A stretch of 64,000 nucleotides of DNA, from the NCBI GenBank assembly GCA_963788655.1, contig CAWBHS010000039.1:64001-128000 (forward strand), given 5' to 3'. This DNA is from an uncultured Verrucomicrobiae bacterium (GTDB lineage: Bacteria > Verrucomicrobiota > Verrucomicrobiia > Limisphaerales > JAFGQR01). The translations under genes were made by a program, and so were the position numbers. The notes under the pieces were generated by a model that worked only from the letters and a program-made list of their open reading frames with translations, did no database searches and was not told where the DNA came from. Numbering within the stretch: position 1 is the stretch's first letter; every line of letters begins with the position of its first letter. Of this stretch, positions 51,801 through 61,609 are shown piece by piece.

Positions 51801-53078
51801 TTATTTGGCTTCCTGGAGAAAGACGAACACGCCCTTCTTGTTGCCGACGATCACGTCCGGTCGTTTGTCGCCGTTCAGGTCGGCGGCGGCGACTTGCGTG
51901 CCTACGCCGGAGTCGTTGTCGATCAGGTGCGGGATGAATTTCGCGGTCTTGTCCGCACTACGAACTGTCTGAAACCAATAGAGCACGGCCGGGGCGTTGG
52001 GTTCTTCATCGCCTTCCGGTCCATGGGCCCAAAACCGTTTGCCGACGACGAAGTCTTTCACGCCGTCGCCGTTCATGTCCACCAGATCAATAGCGTGTGG
52101 TTGCGAGAATTTCACTCCGTAGGCATTATCCTCGGGTTTCTTGCCCATGATGAGATGTTGCTTGAAGCTGATCTTGCCGTCGGCTTTGATTTGCTCATAC
52201 CAAGCCAAGCCATAACCGTGGGGGGCCAGCGCCGTCAGCACGTCGTTCAAGCCGTCGCCATTGAAATCGTAGGCATACATTTGGGAACTGCCGGTGCCGG
52301 GAGCAAACGGAAACGGATGATTCGCCCAAACGGGATCTCCAGCTAGTGAAGCCGGTTGCTCCCACCAGCCATTGGCTTCAATGATGTCCGCGCGCCCGTC
52401 GCCGTTCACGTCGCCAAAGCCCAGCCCGTGCGTGTACCGCTGCCAGGGGCCTTTCGGCGTGATCGCATGCCAGGTCCAGGGCTGATCGGGATGACTCCAA
52501 TCCGGCGAGGCATAACCGAAATAGCCACCGGAGTTGCAAATAATTTCCGGTTTCTCGTCCCCGGTCAGATCGCCAAAGGCCGGCGACTCATTGTCCAGCA
52601 CGTCGATGGCTTTGTGCGGCGCCCAATGCTCGTTGCCGTCGTCGTTCTTTTTGCCCTGTGGATTCTCATACCAAAAGACCGCTGTGCCGGGAAATCCATA
52701 CACGATGATGTCATCCCAACCGTCTTGGTTGAAATCATAGACAAAGGTCAAAAAGTCGTCCGAGTAATCATTTTCATGTCCCAGTGCGCCCTTGTAACCG
52801 GGGATCGTGATCTCGGTGCCGTCGGACTTTTTGATCTTCGATGTTTTGGTGGCGGGACGGAACTCGTGCCGTTGTTTGAAATCCGGCCCAGCCCACCAGA
52901 ACGGACCGCCGCACACGTCCTGGACGCCGTCGTGATTGAAATCGCCATAATAGGCGCCTTCGCACCAGAACTGATCGGTAATTTGGATCATACGAAATGT
53001 GTCAGCGCCTTGGTCGGCCGCCTGCGCCAATGCGCCCGCCAGAACAATGCCCGCGATAGCCAGTGAGAATTTCATCAT
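51801..53078 (-). CDS. Secreted FG-GAP/VCBS repeat protein
   Basis: Signal peptide; repeated D.NGDG..D motifs. Confidence 0.85.
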   Translation of the reverse strand: MMKFSLAIAGIVLAGALAQAADQGADTFRMIQITDQFWCEGAYYGDFNHDGVQDVCGGPFWWAGPDFKQRHEFRPATKTSKIKKSDGTEITIPGYKGALGHENDYSDDFLTFVYDFNQDGWDDIIVYGFPGTAVFWYENPQGKKNDDGNEHWAPHKAIDVLDNESPAFGDLTGDEKPEIICNSGGYFGYASPDWSHPDQPWTWHAITPKGPWQRYTHGLGFGDVNGDGRADIIEANGWWEQPASLAGDPVWANHPFPFAPGTGSSQMYAYDFNGDGLNDVLTALAPHGYGLAWYEQIKADGKISFKQHLIMGKKPEDNAYGVKFSQPHAIDLVDMNGDGVKDFVVGKRFWAHGPEGDEEPNAPAVLYWFQTVRSADKTAKFIPHLIDNDSGVGTQVAAADLNGDKRPDVIVGNKKGVFVFLQEAK

Positions 53079-53242
53079 GGGAAATGGATGCCAGGTTTAA
53101 GCGTGTGGGTCAAGCGGGATGGAAGGCGGAAGAAAAAGTTGATGAGTTGAACCGTTGAAGAGTTATGAGGTCGTGCAGCGACTCGTGGCCGTAGCAAGTT
53201 AGTGATCGAACCCGGTGCTGCTTGCGGCCCTCGGCATTCGGT

Positions 53243-55832
53243 CAGATCTCGGTAAAAGTGCATGTTTGGCTGCTGAAGAGCCGCAGGTTCAATTCCGGGA
53301 AAACGGATGGTGGTAAGCTGGGTGGAGGGTAATCTCTGGGCGAGCGCGCAGGTGCTGAAGCGCGCACTCGATCATGAGCGCGACCTACACTGGGCAACTG
53401 ATTCTTGGGACTGACAAGCGTAATCCGCTGTTCACGGTTTACGCCCAAGAGGACGGGGAGGAGGCGCAACTGCACGTTTACTACGGGCTGGAGTTGCTGG
53501 AGGTGGTGTCAGCCGACCGCCACGAGCCCAGTTTCAAAATGCTGGTGGGGCGACTGTACAACGCGGGGGTAAGCGTGGGCGTACTCCAGCAAACCTTCCA
53601 CGCCGATGGCAAAACGATTCAGCGCTGGGGGCGAGCGTTGCGCAGTCGCAATGCCCAGGAGTTGATCCGCGTGCTGGAAGGTCGGCGGCGCAGCCGCAAA
53701 CTCAGTCCCGAGATCCAAGCCTACGTGCGGGTGCGCTGGCCGGACTTGGTGAGCCAGGGCCTTTACGGGATCGGCAAACGGCTGCGCCAAGAGATCCAGT
53801 CGGTGTTCGGGGTGACACTTTCCCAGGAGACGCTGCGCCCCCTGATGGGCGAGTTGAAGCGGCAAGCCGCTGCCAGCACCTCGCCGGTGCAACCGCAAGC
53901 CACAACCGCAGAGGGTCTCCCGCAGGACCGCCCAAAGGCTACTGAAGATCAAGCGCTTGACGTGGAGGGGCGGGAGAAGCCTTGCGGTTGTGCCGAGGAG
54001 GCGGGGGGAGCGGCGGCGCCCGTCTTGGAGGGGGTGCCAGCCGCGCCCCAGACCCTGTGGTGTGATCACCTTGGGGTGCTGATTTTCGCGCCGGTGTTGG
54101 TCGCCGTAGCGCAAGTCACCGAAACGGTCCAAGGCCTGTTCAAGCAGTGGCTGGCCAGTCTGCTGGTGGGGGCCTTGAACATCGAGCAAACCAAGTTCCT
54201 CAGTTGGCCCGACCTCTCCCGGCTCTTGGGATCGGTGGTCCGCTTTCCTTATCCGCAACGCCAGGAACTGGAACGGGTCGCCAACAGGGCGAACATAGAA
54301 GCGTTGGCGCGCTTCAATGCCCAGCAGCTCGGCGCCGACGCGCACTGCCAGTTCTACTTCGACCCGCACACCAAGCATTACACCGGACAACAGAACGTGC
54401 TGGAAGGTTGGTGTGCGGCCATCCGCTGGGCGGACAAAGCGGTGCACAGCGATTTCATCCACACGGTGGCGGGCGAGCCGCTTTACTTCGAAACCACGGA
54501 TAATTTCGCCGATCTGCGGCAGCGCTTTTTCGCCGTGGTGCAGCGTTGCCGCCAGGTGCTGAAGTGGCCCGCCGACCGGGTGCTCACTTTCGTGCTCGAC
54601 CGCGCCATTTTCGGGAAGGAGGTCTTCGAGAAGGTGTTGGCCGATCCGAAGCTGCACCTGATTACCTGGGAAAAAGGCTACGTGCGGCAAGACTGGCCGC
54701 CTCCCGGCGGGAGGAGCGGGGCGCTGGTGATCGAACGGGCGCGCAACCGGGCCGAGGATATTCGGGCCTATCATCTGGAATACTGGGACCGCCCCTGGCC
54801 GAAGGACCCGCGCTTGCGCCAACTGGTCGTGCAGGCGACTAATCCCCGCGGTCGCGTCATTCAAGTCGCGATCTTGACGGACGACCTGAGCAGCGCCGCC
54901 AGCGGGATTATCCGGCTGATGTTCAACCGCTGGGTACAAGAGAACGACTTCAAGTATCTGGACAAGCATTTTGGCATCAATCAGATCACCAGCTACGGCG
55001 TGACGGAGTACGCGGAGTTGCGCCAAGCGGTGCAGGATCGGCAGGTGCGCAGCGCCGAGCTCAAAGCGCTCCAGGAGCAGCGGCGCCAACTCCGGGCGCG
55101 GCAGAGCCGATTATTACTGCTGCAAAGCCAAGGCGAGCACGCGGACCAACAACGTGAGCAACGGATCCAAGCGCTGGAAAAGCAACCCGAGGCCGAGCCC
55201 GTCCAGAAGGAATTGGCCCGTTTGCGTCAGCGGCAGAGTCGGTGGCACAGCACGCGTTTGGTGCGTCAAGAACAGATCCGGAAGCTCAGCAAGGAGCTAG
55301 CGGAGCTGGAAATCAAGGCCCAGGCGGCGCAACAGACCGAGTCGCGCTTGGAGCGGCTGATTGCCGACAAGATGGTCCGCCTGGATCCGGAGAAAAAACG
55401 GTTGATGGATAGCCTGCGGATCATCGCGCGCAACATCTTCTACCGGGCGTTGCAGCCTTTCAAAAAGGCCTACAACAACTATCGGGATGACCACGATCAG
55501 TTCCGGCAACTGACCCAAGCCAGCGGCGTTTTAGAGCTGGGGGCCAAGCAGGTGGTGGTTCACCTGATGCCGCAGGTGGGTTATCCCCCGCAAGTACGGC
55601 GCATCATCGGCACGGTACTCGACGACCTCAACGCCCAGAAACCGGTGTTACCGGACGGTAGCGGTCGCCCCTTGAAGCTGCGCCTGGCCCAACGCAGTGA
55701 GATGAAACTCTCGATTCACCCCACCAGTTGACGTGGGCGGCTTGGTGGCGGGCCGCCCGCCGGCTGACGCCGGACGCCGGAAATGAACCTGCGGCTCTTT
55801 TCGCAGTACCGAGGCGCCTTTACTGAGGTCTG
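53243..55832 (+). mobile_element. Insertion sequence, 2590 bp, 56-bp imperfect TIRs, 5-bp TSD TCGGT
   Basis: Left CAGATCTCGGTAAAAG...AAGAGCCGCAGGTTCAATTCCGG matches reverse complement of 55777-55832; TCGGT at 53238-53242 and 55833-55837. Confidence 0.9.
53374..55731 (+). CDS. Putative DDE transposase, 785 aa
   Basis: Fills the IS; HTH-like N-terminus; FYFDPH, FVLDR, RWVQENDFK. Confidence 0.8.
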   Translation: MSATYTGQLILGTDKRNPLFTVYAQEDGEEAQLHVYYGLELLEVVSADRHEPSFKMLVGRLYNAGVSVGVLQQTFHADGKTIQRWGRALRSRNAQELIRVLEGRRRSRKLSPEIQAYVRVRWPDLVSQGLYGIGKRLRQEIQSVFGVTLSQETLRPLMGELKRQAAASTSPVQPQATTAEGLPQDRPKATEDQALDVEGREKPCGCAEEAGGAAAPVLEGVPAAPQTLWCDHLGVLIFAPVLVAVAQVTETVQGLFKQWLASLLVGALNIEQTKFLSWPDLSRLLGSVVRFPYPQRQELERVANRANIEALARFNAQQLGADAHCQFYFDPHTKHYTGQQNVLEGWCAAIRWADKAVHSDFIHTVAGEPLYFETTDNFADLRQRFFAVVQRCRQVLKWPADRVLTFVLDRAIFGKEVFEKVLADPKLHLITWEKGYVRQDWPPPGGRSGALVIERARNRAEDIRAYHLEYWDRPWPKDPRLRQLVVQATNPRGRVIQVAILTDDLSSAASGIIRLMFNRWVQENDFKYLDKHFGINQITSYGVTEYAELRQAVQDRQVRSAELKALQEQRRQLRARQSRLLLLQSQGEHADQQREQRIQALEKQPEAEPVQKELARLRQRQSRWHSTRLVRQEQIRKLSKELAELEIKAQAAQQTESRLERLIADKMVRLDPEKKRLMDSLRIIARNIFYRALQPFKKAYNNYRDDHDQFRQLTQASGVLELGAKQVVVHLMPQVGYPPQVRRIIGTVLDDLNAQKPVLPDGSGRPLKLRLAQRSEMKLSIHPTS

Positions 55833-55891
55833 TCGGTTTTCGGCCTTTGTTGCGTTCCCGCTTGCTCCGCGACGGTCTTTCCGTTTCCAAT

Positions 55892-56548
55892 ATGTCCATG
55901 CAATCACGCGCGCAAATCTGCTCCGCCCTGACCGATCCTGGGATCATCGCCATCATCCGGGCCGATGATCCGGCCAAAGCGCTGCCCGCCTGCGAGGCGC
56001 TGTTGGCCGGGGGCGTTAAGGCCATTGAATTGACCCTGACCATTCCCAATGCCATCGCCGTGATTGGCGCCGTGGCGAAAGACTTGGGTGATCGCGCTTT
56101 GCTTGGTGCCGGCACGGTGCTCAATGCCGAAACCTGTCGGGCCGCCATTGATGCCGGAGCCCAATACATCGTTAGTCCCATCACGCGGCTCGAATTAATT
56201 GAGGCCGCACACGCGGCGGACAAGCCGGTGATGATCGGCGCCTACACGCCCACCGAAGCGCAGTCAGCCCACGAAGCGGGCGCGGATTTCATCAAAATCT
56301 TCCCCGCCGACAAACTCGGGCCTTCCTATATCAAGGCCCTTCGCGCCCCGTTGCCGCACTTGCGTCTCGTGCCCACCGGCGGCGTGGATTTGCAGACCGC
56401 CGCCGACTTCCTGAAAGCCGGCAGCGCTGCTTTGGGGGTGGGATCGTCGCTGGTTTCCGCCAACATTCTTCGGGAATCCAATTGGTCCGAATTGACCCGT
56501 CTGGCGAAGGCATTTGTGGTGGCGGTGAATTCCGCGCGGGCAACATAG
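55892..56548 (+). CDS. eda: KHG/KDPG aldolase
   Basis: IAIIR, IELT, GAGTV, TPTE, IKIFPA, PTGGV. Confidence 0.9.
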   Translation: MSMQSRAQICSALTDPGIIAIIRADDPAKALPACEALLAGGVKAIELTLTIPNAIAVIGAVAKDLGDRALLGAGTVLNAETCRAAIDAGAQYIVSPITRLELIEAAHAADKPVMIGAYTPTEAQSAHEAGADFIKIFPADKLGPSYIKALRAPLPHLRLVPTGGVDLQTAADFLKAGSAALGVGSSLVSANILRESNWSELTRLAKAFVVAVNSARAT

Positions 56549-56554
56549 CGACGA

Positions 56555-57110
56555 TTACGGCAGAGCTAATTTGGCTTTCGAACCGCGCACAATGGTTTGC
56601 ACGACTTGCGGTTCGCCGGGATGATCGTAGCGGGCGACGATCTTTTGATAGAACTTTCGGGCTTCGGCGTGACCGTCCCGCGTCCCACAATAGATCCGCG
56701 GCAGATTTCAAAGCCATGATGATGTCCCAGCTTTGCTGCGGGTATTTTCGCTCGACGGCGGCGTAGAATCTAACGGCCGCGTTCAGGTTCGTCTGCGCGG
56801 CGCGAATATTCGCCAGGCTGCGCAGCGCTTGCGCTGCCCAGTAGGCTTGGTCGGGATACTTCTTGAGCAACAATTCGTAATCCGCGGCGGCTTGGTCCAG
56901 CAGTTTATGCCTGGCTTCACCTTTGGCTTCGGCGTAAGGAGCATGGTGAAGCTTGGTGGCTTGCTCGAACAGCGCCTGCGCGGCGGCAGCGCGTTGTTCC
57001 GGGGATTGTTGGTGCGAGGCGCAACCCGGCAGGGCCAAAGCCAGGAGCAGCCCAACAAGTGCAATGACGGATTGGCAATCAGCCGAGCTATCGGGTGACG
57101 TTGGTTCCAT
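56555..57110 (-). CDS. TPR lipoprotein (frameshift near 56672)
   Basis: LALPGC lipobox, KKYP motifs; shifted frame continues HAEARKFYQKIVARY...LALP*. Confidence 0.65.
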
Positions 57111-58542
57111 AGCGGGTAATCAGGCGGTAGGTAAAGTCTTCTTTGGCGTGAGGTTTGAGCGGCCGGAGGAACTTCACCGTGTCGGCATCGACTTTTTCGT
57201 ATTTGGTATCGGTCGCTAAATCCCAATCACCGGCCAAATTCCGTCGGATGTCCAGCACGACGGGAATGTCCTTTGAGTTCTGCACCTCGATCTTCCAGGT
57301 TTCCGTCGTCGTCCAGCCTTTGACGTTGCCGTGGTCGTCGAAAGCCATGTCGGTCTTCATCCAATCCATCAACGTGGGTTTAACCAGCACTTCTTGATCA
57401 TAGCCGAGTTCCAATTCCACGAACTCGTCGATCGGAATGTATTTCACGCTGGTGCTGCCCACAAACGAGTAGAGCTGATCGTCGGTTACGAATCGAAACG
57501 CTTTCACGGCCCCATCGGGCAACGGTTCCTTGCCGAGCTTGCTGGCGACCGAATTGGTGAAGCGATAATAACGCATGACCTGGTCTCCCCAGCGCTCCTT
57601 CTCGAACTTGTAGTAACTCGTGGTCGGCACTTCCGCGGCCTTGAAGGAAGGCAACCGCTTGGCCCAACCGGTGGGGATGGTGTCGCGTCCTTCCACGGTG
57701 TAGAGGAAGTATTCGGACAGGCTTTCTTTGACGATTTCTTTTGGGCGCCCCGCCATACCGCCGAGTGCTCCGCCAAAACGTCCGCGCAGTTCGACACCCA
57801 ACTGCGCTTTATCGCTGAGCACGCTGGACATGGGCATTTGCTTGGCTTCGTCCACCGGCAGGCCTTTTCGCGCCAGTTGCGCGATCTCTTCCACGAGGCG
57901 GATGACTCCCACCACCAGGCGAACCTGCGTGTTCTCGTAATCCTCGCCACTGTGATTGGTTACGCGTACCTGCCCGGCAAGCGCCATTGTTTTTTCATTT
58001 TGAGCGGCTTCCGCCACGTAGTCAGCAGCCCAACTGATGCCGCTGGTGAAGTAACGGATCTCCACGACCGCTTCTCCGGCAAACTCGCTGTGAATGCGCC
58101 ATTCCAAAGTATTGGCCACTCGAGGCGGAAAACTCACGTCCAACACGTCCACTTGGTCGGCGTGCGTTAATGCTTGGAACTCCACCGAAGTGGGATCAAT
58201 CAGCGTGTTGGCCCAGGAGAATTCAAGATGATTAAGCCCGCGGCGGAACGTCAAGGTTCGCGTCTCCTTGACCATGGTCAAATCGACCGAGTTGTAAATG
58301 GTGAGTTGCACCGAATCGCGACCGGGCAGCGTGACCACGTTGATACGCGCCGTCGCCGAAGGTGTCAGGAAAAACGTCAGCACCAAGCCAAGCGCGGCCG
58401 TCGCCAGCGAGTGCAAAGTGGACGGTTTCGTAAGGAAACCGGGAGCAGTTACTGCACGACGCTCTGCCCCGGCTGAATCGGCTGCCGGGCGAGCGCTGGC
58501 ACCAGGTCGTAAGACTTGAATCGATAATGGCCGCGTTTGCAT
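57088..58542 (-). CDS. DUF4139-domain secreted protein (start uncertain)
   Basis: VQLTIYN, IDPTSV, GISWAADY, N.SGEDY. Confidence 0.75.
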   Translation of the reverse strand: MQTRPLSIQVLRPGASARPAADSAGAERRAVTAPGFLTKPSTLHSLATAALGLVLTFFLTPSATARINVVTLPGRDSVQLTIYNSVDLTMVKETRTLTFRRGLNHLEFSWANTLIDPTSVEFQALTHADQVDVLDVSFPPRVANTLEWRIHSEFAGEAVVEIRYFTSGISWAADYVAEAAQNEKTMALAGQVRVTNHSGEDYENTQVRLVVGVIRLVEEIAQLARKGLPVDEAKQMPMSSVLSDKAQLGVELRGRFGGALGGMAGRPKEIVKESLSEYFLYTVEGRDTIPTGWAKRLPSFKAAEVPTTSYYKFEKERWGDQVMRYYRFTNSVASKLGKEPLPDGAVKAFRFVTDDQLYSFVGSTSVKYIPIDEFVELELGYDQEVLVKPTLMDWMKTDMAFDDHGNVKGWTTTETWKIEVQNSKDIPVVLDIRRNLAGDWDLATDTKYEKVDADTVKFLRPLKPHAKEDFTYRLITRYGTNVTR

Positions 58543-58643
58543 CACGTCGAGATTAGACGAAACCCACGGGGATATACTCCCTCCCCCCCGCCGCCCGCCA
58601 GTTCGCCCTTGCACTTTTTTCCGGGAACCGTGAGTTTCTGGCC

Positions 58644-59456
58644 ATGCAATTCGCCATCTGCAACGAGATTTTTAAGGACTGGAAACTGGAAGACGCCATG
58701 GTCTTTGCCCGAAAGGCCGGCTATGATGCCCTCGAGATCGCGCCGTTTACGATTGCCAAATACGTCACCGATATTCCCCCGTCGGAGCGCCAGCGTATTC
58801 GCGAAGCGGCGAAACATGCGGACCTGGCTATCAGCGGCATTCACTGGGTCTTGGTGCAGGCCGACGGCATGTATTTGAATTCCCCCGAACCGGACGTCCG
58901 GAAACGTTCGGCCCAATATTTTTGCGAACTTGTCAATTTCTGCGCCGACTTGGGCGGGCGCGTTATCGTGGTCGGATCACCCAAGCAACGCAACGTTACT
59001 GAAGGCACCACGCCCGCGCAGGCGTGGGATTGGGCGAAGGAAACGTTTGAACCATCCATTCGCCTGGCCCAGGAACGCGGCGTGACGATCTGTCTGGAAC
59101 CGCTGGCCCCGGCGGAAACCAATTTTATCAACACCGCGGCCGAGGCTGTTCGTTTCATGCAACAATTCCAGACGCCCAGTTTCAAGATTATTCTCAACGT
59201 CAAGGCAATGTGTTCGGAGGGCAAACCGATCCCGCAAATCATCAAGGAATCGTGGCCGCACTTCGCCTATTTCCACGCCAACGACGCCAATCTCAAGGGA
59301 CCCGGATTTGGCGACGTGGACTTCAAGCCCATTGCCGCCGCGCTGCGGGAGGTGGGTTACGACGACACGGTGTCGGTGGAAGTGTTTAATTTTGAAGAGG
59401 GCGCCGAAGTCATCGCCCGCCAAAGCATCGCCTATTTGAAACAGGCTTTCGCTTGA
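58644..59456 (+). CDS. Sugar phosphate isomerase/epimerase (D-tagatose/psicose 3-epimerase-like TIM barrel)
   Basis: AICNE, LEIAPF, GSPKQR, LEPL...ETNF, HAND, SVEVF. Confidence 0.85.
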   Translation: MQFAICNEIFKDWKLEDAMVFARKAGYDALEIAPFTIAKYVTDIPPSERQRIREAAKHADLAISGIHWVLVQADGMYLNSPEPDVRKRSAQYFCELVNFCADLGGRVIVVGSPKQRNVTEGTTPAQAWDWAKETFEPSIRLAQERGVTICLEPLAPAETNFINTAAEAVRFMQQFQTPSFKIILNVKAMCSEGKPIPQIIKESWPHFAYFHANDANLKGPGFGDVDFKPIAAALREVGYDDTVSVEVFNFEEGAEVIARQSIAYLKQAFA

Positions 59457-59612
59457 GGTCGAGTGTTGATCTGGACGTGGCGCTAACGCGCCTTCAATCC
59501 GCGCCAATCAGATCCGGGCGCTGGCAGCGAATCTGGACGGCTCCCAAGTCGAACAGTCCACGCCCGCCGTATCCCTTCAGTAGCTGGAGTCGCGATGACG
59601 CGATTCGTCGCG

Positions 59613-59825
59613 GTAGGACAGGCGTCTCGCCTGTCTCGAATAGCCAAGCACATCCTCACCTTTTGGTGACCTGGAATGACTTCTGCGCAGCGGTGCAACT
59701 CAATGGTCTGCAGTCGTTCGAGACCGGCGGGACGCCTGTCCTACTGAATAGTCACGGCTTAACCGCGGACGAGGAAGACGTTCGCAATGCCTCTCCACCA
59801 TGTTCCGCGTCCTCACGTCGTCTAC
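59613..59825. repeat. Two adjacent GTAG-type REP-like palindromes
   Basis: GTAGGACAGGCGTCTCGCC...GGCGGGACGCCTGTCCTAC (59613-59744); degenerate CGCGGACGAGGA...TCCTCACGTCGTCTAC. Confidence 0.75.
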
Positions 59826-60464
59826 GGCTTCTCGGTCCTTTAATCGGGTGGCAACGATCCGGGCTGAACGCTGAAGAACAAAGCCCGAGATTCGAGGCAC
59901 ATTGACCGGAGGCGGATCGAAACGGGCGCTTTTATTCTGGAATCGGGCTTCAAATTTCTTTTGGATTTCCAATTTCGGCTTTCGGGCTATTCATCTCTGC
60001 CCTGGTGGCGAATAAGTTTCCGGATTTTCATCTTGCATTTTTCCGGACATGTTCAAGAATCCAAATGATGATTGTCAGCAAACATTATTAATGCGCTTGC
60101 GACCGTCCAACTCAAATGCGTATCAGATTTGTAGAAATCCGCGCGAAGGTGACCACGAGGGGATCGCTGTTGGGAAATTGATTTTTGCAGCACGAAGTTG
60201 TCCCGTTTCGTATCCACAGCCCTAGCACCTCGGGCTTGCGCGATGACGGCAACTCGTGCTGCTTCCTGTGAAATGGACCTGTCGGCCTCAGGGGGCGGGC
60301 AGGTTCATTCCGTTTCCGGCGCAAGTTGGGGTGGCATGAAACACGTCAGCACCATTCGAGCGAAAAACAGGGCGGTGTCTGGAAGCGGATTGGACGGAAT
60401 GAGCTGTTGCCAGTTCCTGGCTGAACGGTTTAGGCTGACAACTTAACGAGTCCTTGCGCAGAAA

Positions 60465-61601
60465 ATGCAGCATGAGAAAACCATTGTTTTCCGATCGAGA
60501 CGGAAGCGACGCTTCTGGTGGGGAGGGCTCACTCTGGCGGTCTTGACGGTTGCCGGCGGATGGCTGGCGGTTGCGGTCGAAGTGCCGGCAAACACTTTAG
60601 TTGGGCTTCCATCCAAGCCCGCGCCGCTGACCGGACATGATAGGGCGGGCGCCTTGACGAATTGTCCGACGGCCCTGGTCCTCCACCAAGCAGTCCTGGA
60701 AGGGTATTGCCGGGACGATGTGGATTTGGACGACGTGGATGCTTACTTCTGGCACGTATTCTCGAAATTGCCCGCCGAGGTCCGAGTGTATCCTTCGGAG
60801 AATTACTATTATTTTACCGACCACATCGCGGGCCGGGAAGTGCGGGGGAATATCCGTCTGGCGGCGGGACAACGGGAGCAGGGCAGCTTGTCGTTTTGGT
60901 ATGCGGAGACGGGCGAGCCCGCCTCTGCGGGGGGGCGCCGGTTGGTCGGATCCAAGGATTTTTCCCGAACCGACGGCGTGCAATTGCAAGCGCGCAACCA
61001 TTTCACCTGGGTGGTGACGTGGCGCAACCGGTCGGTCACGTTTCATTTGCACCGGTTACCCCAAGCGCCGCCGCGGCTTTTCCGGTTGCGGCCCCGTGAA
61101 GTGTTTGTGATGCGGACATTCGATGAATCGGGACTCCAGTTCTTTCTCTTGTTCAACACCAACGCGAACTACTTCTTCTGGGTGCTCAATGAGGAAGCCC
61201 CCGTTCCGGAGCATTTTGACCAACTGGCGCCGGATCTCCTGGTGGGGCGGCGGACTGGTTTTGCGTTCTGGGTGGATGGGAACGACTCACCTCGCAAAGT
61301 GCTTGCCGCCGTTCGCCGGGACCGCGTCGCCCGCAACGAGGAGGATGACGGTCCCTTTGACCAACTGGCCGACAATTACGCCCACCAAACGCACGTTGCC
61401 CAATGGATGGAGCGTGCGCAACCGTCGCTTAAAGGGCGCATCGACCAATACGGTTATTACACGGACACGCATCCGCCCACCCGGGTGGCCTTGGCTAATT
61501 ACGGGACCTACACCACTCCGGCAACACTGATCCAATTCATGGAACGAGCCAAGACTTCGGCAGATCCCTGCCAATTCATCTCGCGCGGGGGCGGGCTGTA
61601 A
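60465..61601 (+). CDS. Hypothetical exported protein
   Basis: 378-aa ORF with N-terminal hydrophobic segment; protein-like motifs VYPSENYYYF, DGPFDQLADNY. Confidence 0.7.
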   Translation: MQHEKTIVFRSRRKRRFWWGGLTLAVLTVAGGWLAVAVEVPANTLVGLPSKPAPLTGHDRAGALTNCPTALVLHQAVLEGYCRDDVDLDDVDAYFWHVFSKLPAEVRVYPSENYYYFTDHIAGREVRGNIRLAAGQREQGSLSFWYAETGEPASAGGRRLVGSKDFSRTDGVQLQARNHFTWVVTWRNRSVTFHLHRLPQAPPRLFRLRPREVFVMRTFDESGLQFFLLFNTNANYFFWVLNEEAPVPEHFDQLAPDLLVGRRTGFAFWVDGNDSPRKVLAAVRRDRVARNEEDDGPFDQLADNYAHQTHVAQWMERAQPSLKGRIDQYGYYTDTHPPTRVALANYGTYTTPATLIQFMERAKTSADPCQFISRGGGL

Positions 61602-61609
61602 GTTCGAAT

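Noticed and set aside
3379..57110. Programmed frameshifting or mass pseudogenisation in about nine genes
   Set aside because: Scattered single-base indels with otherwise intact frames and no shared slippery motif; sequencing or assembly error is more likely, pending read check
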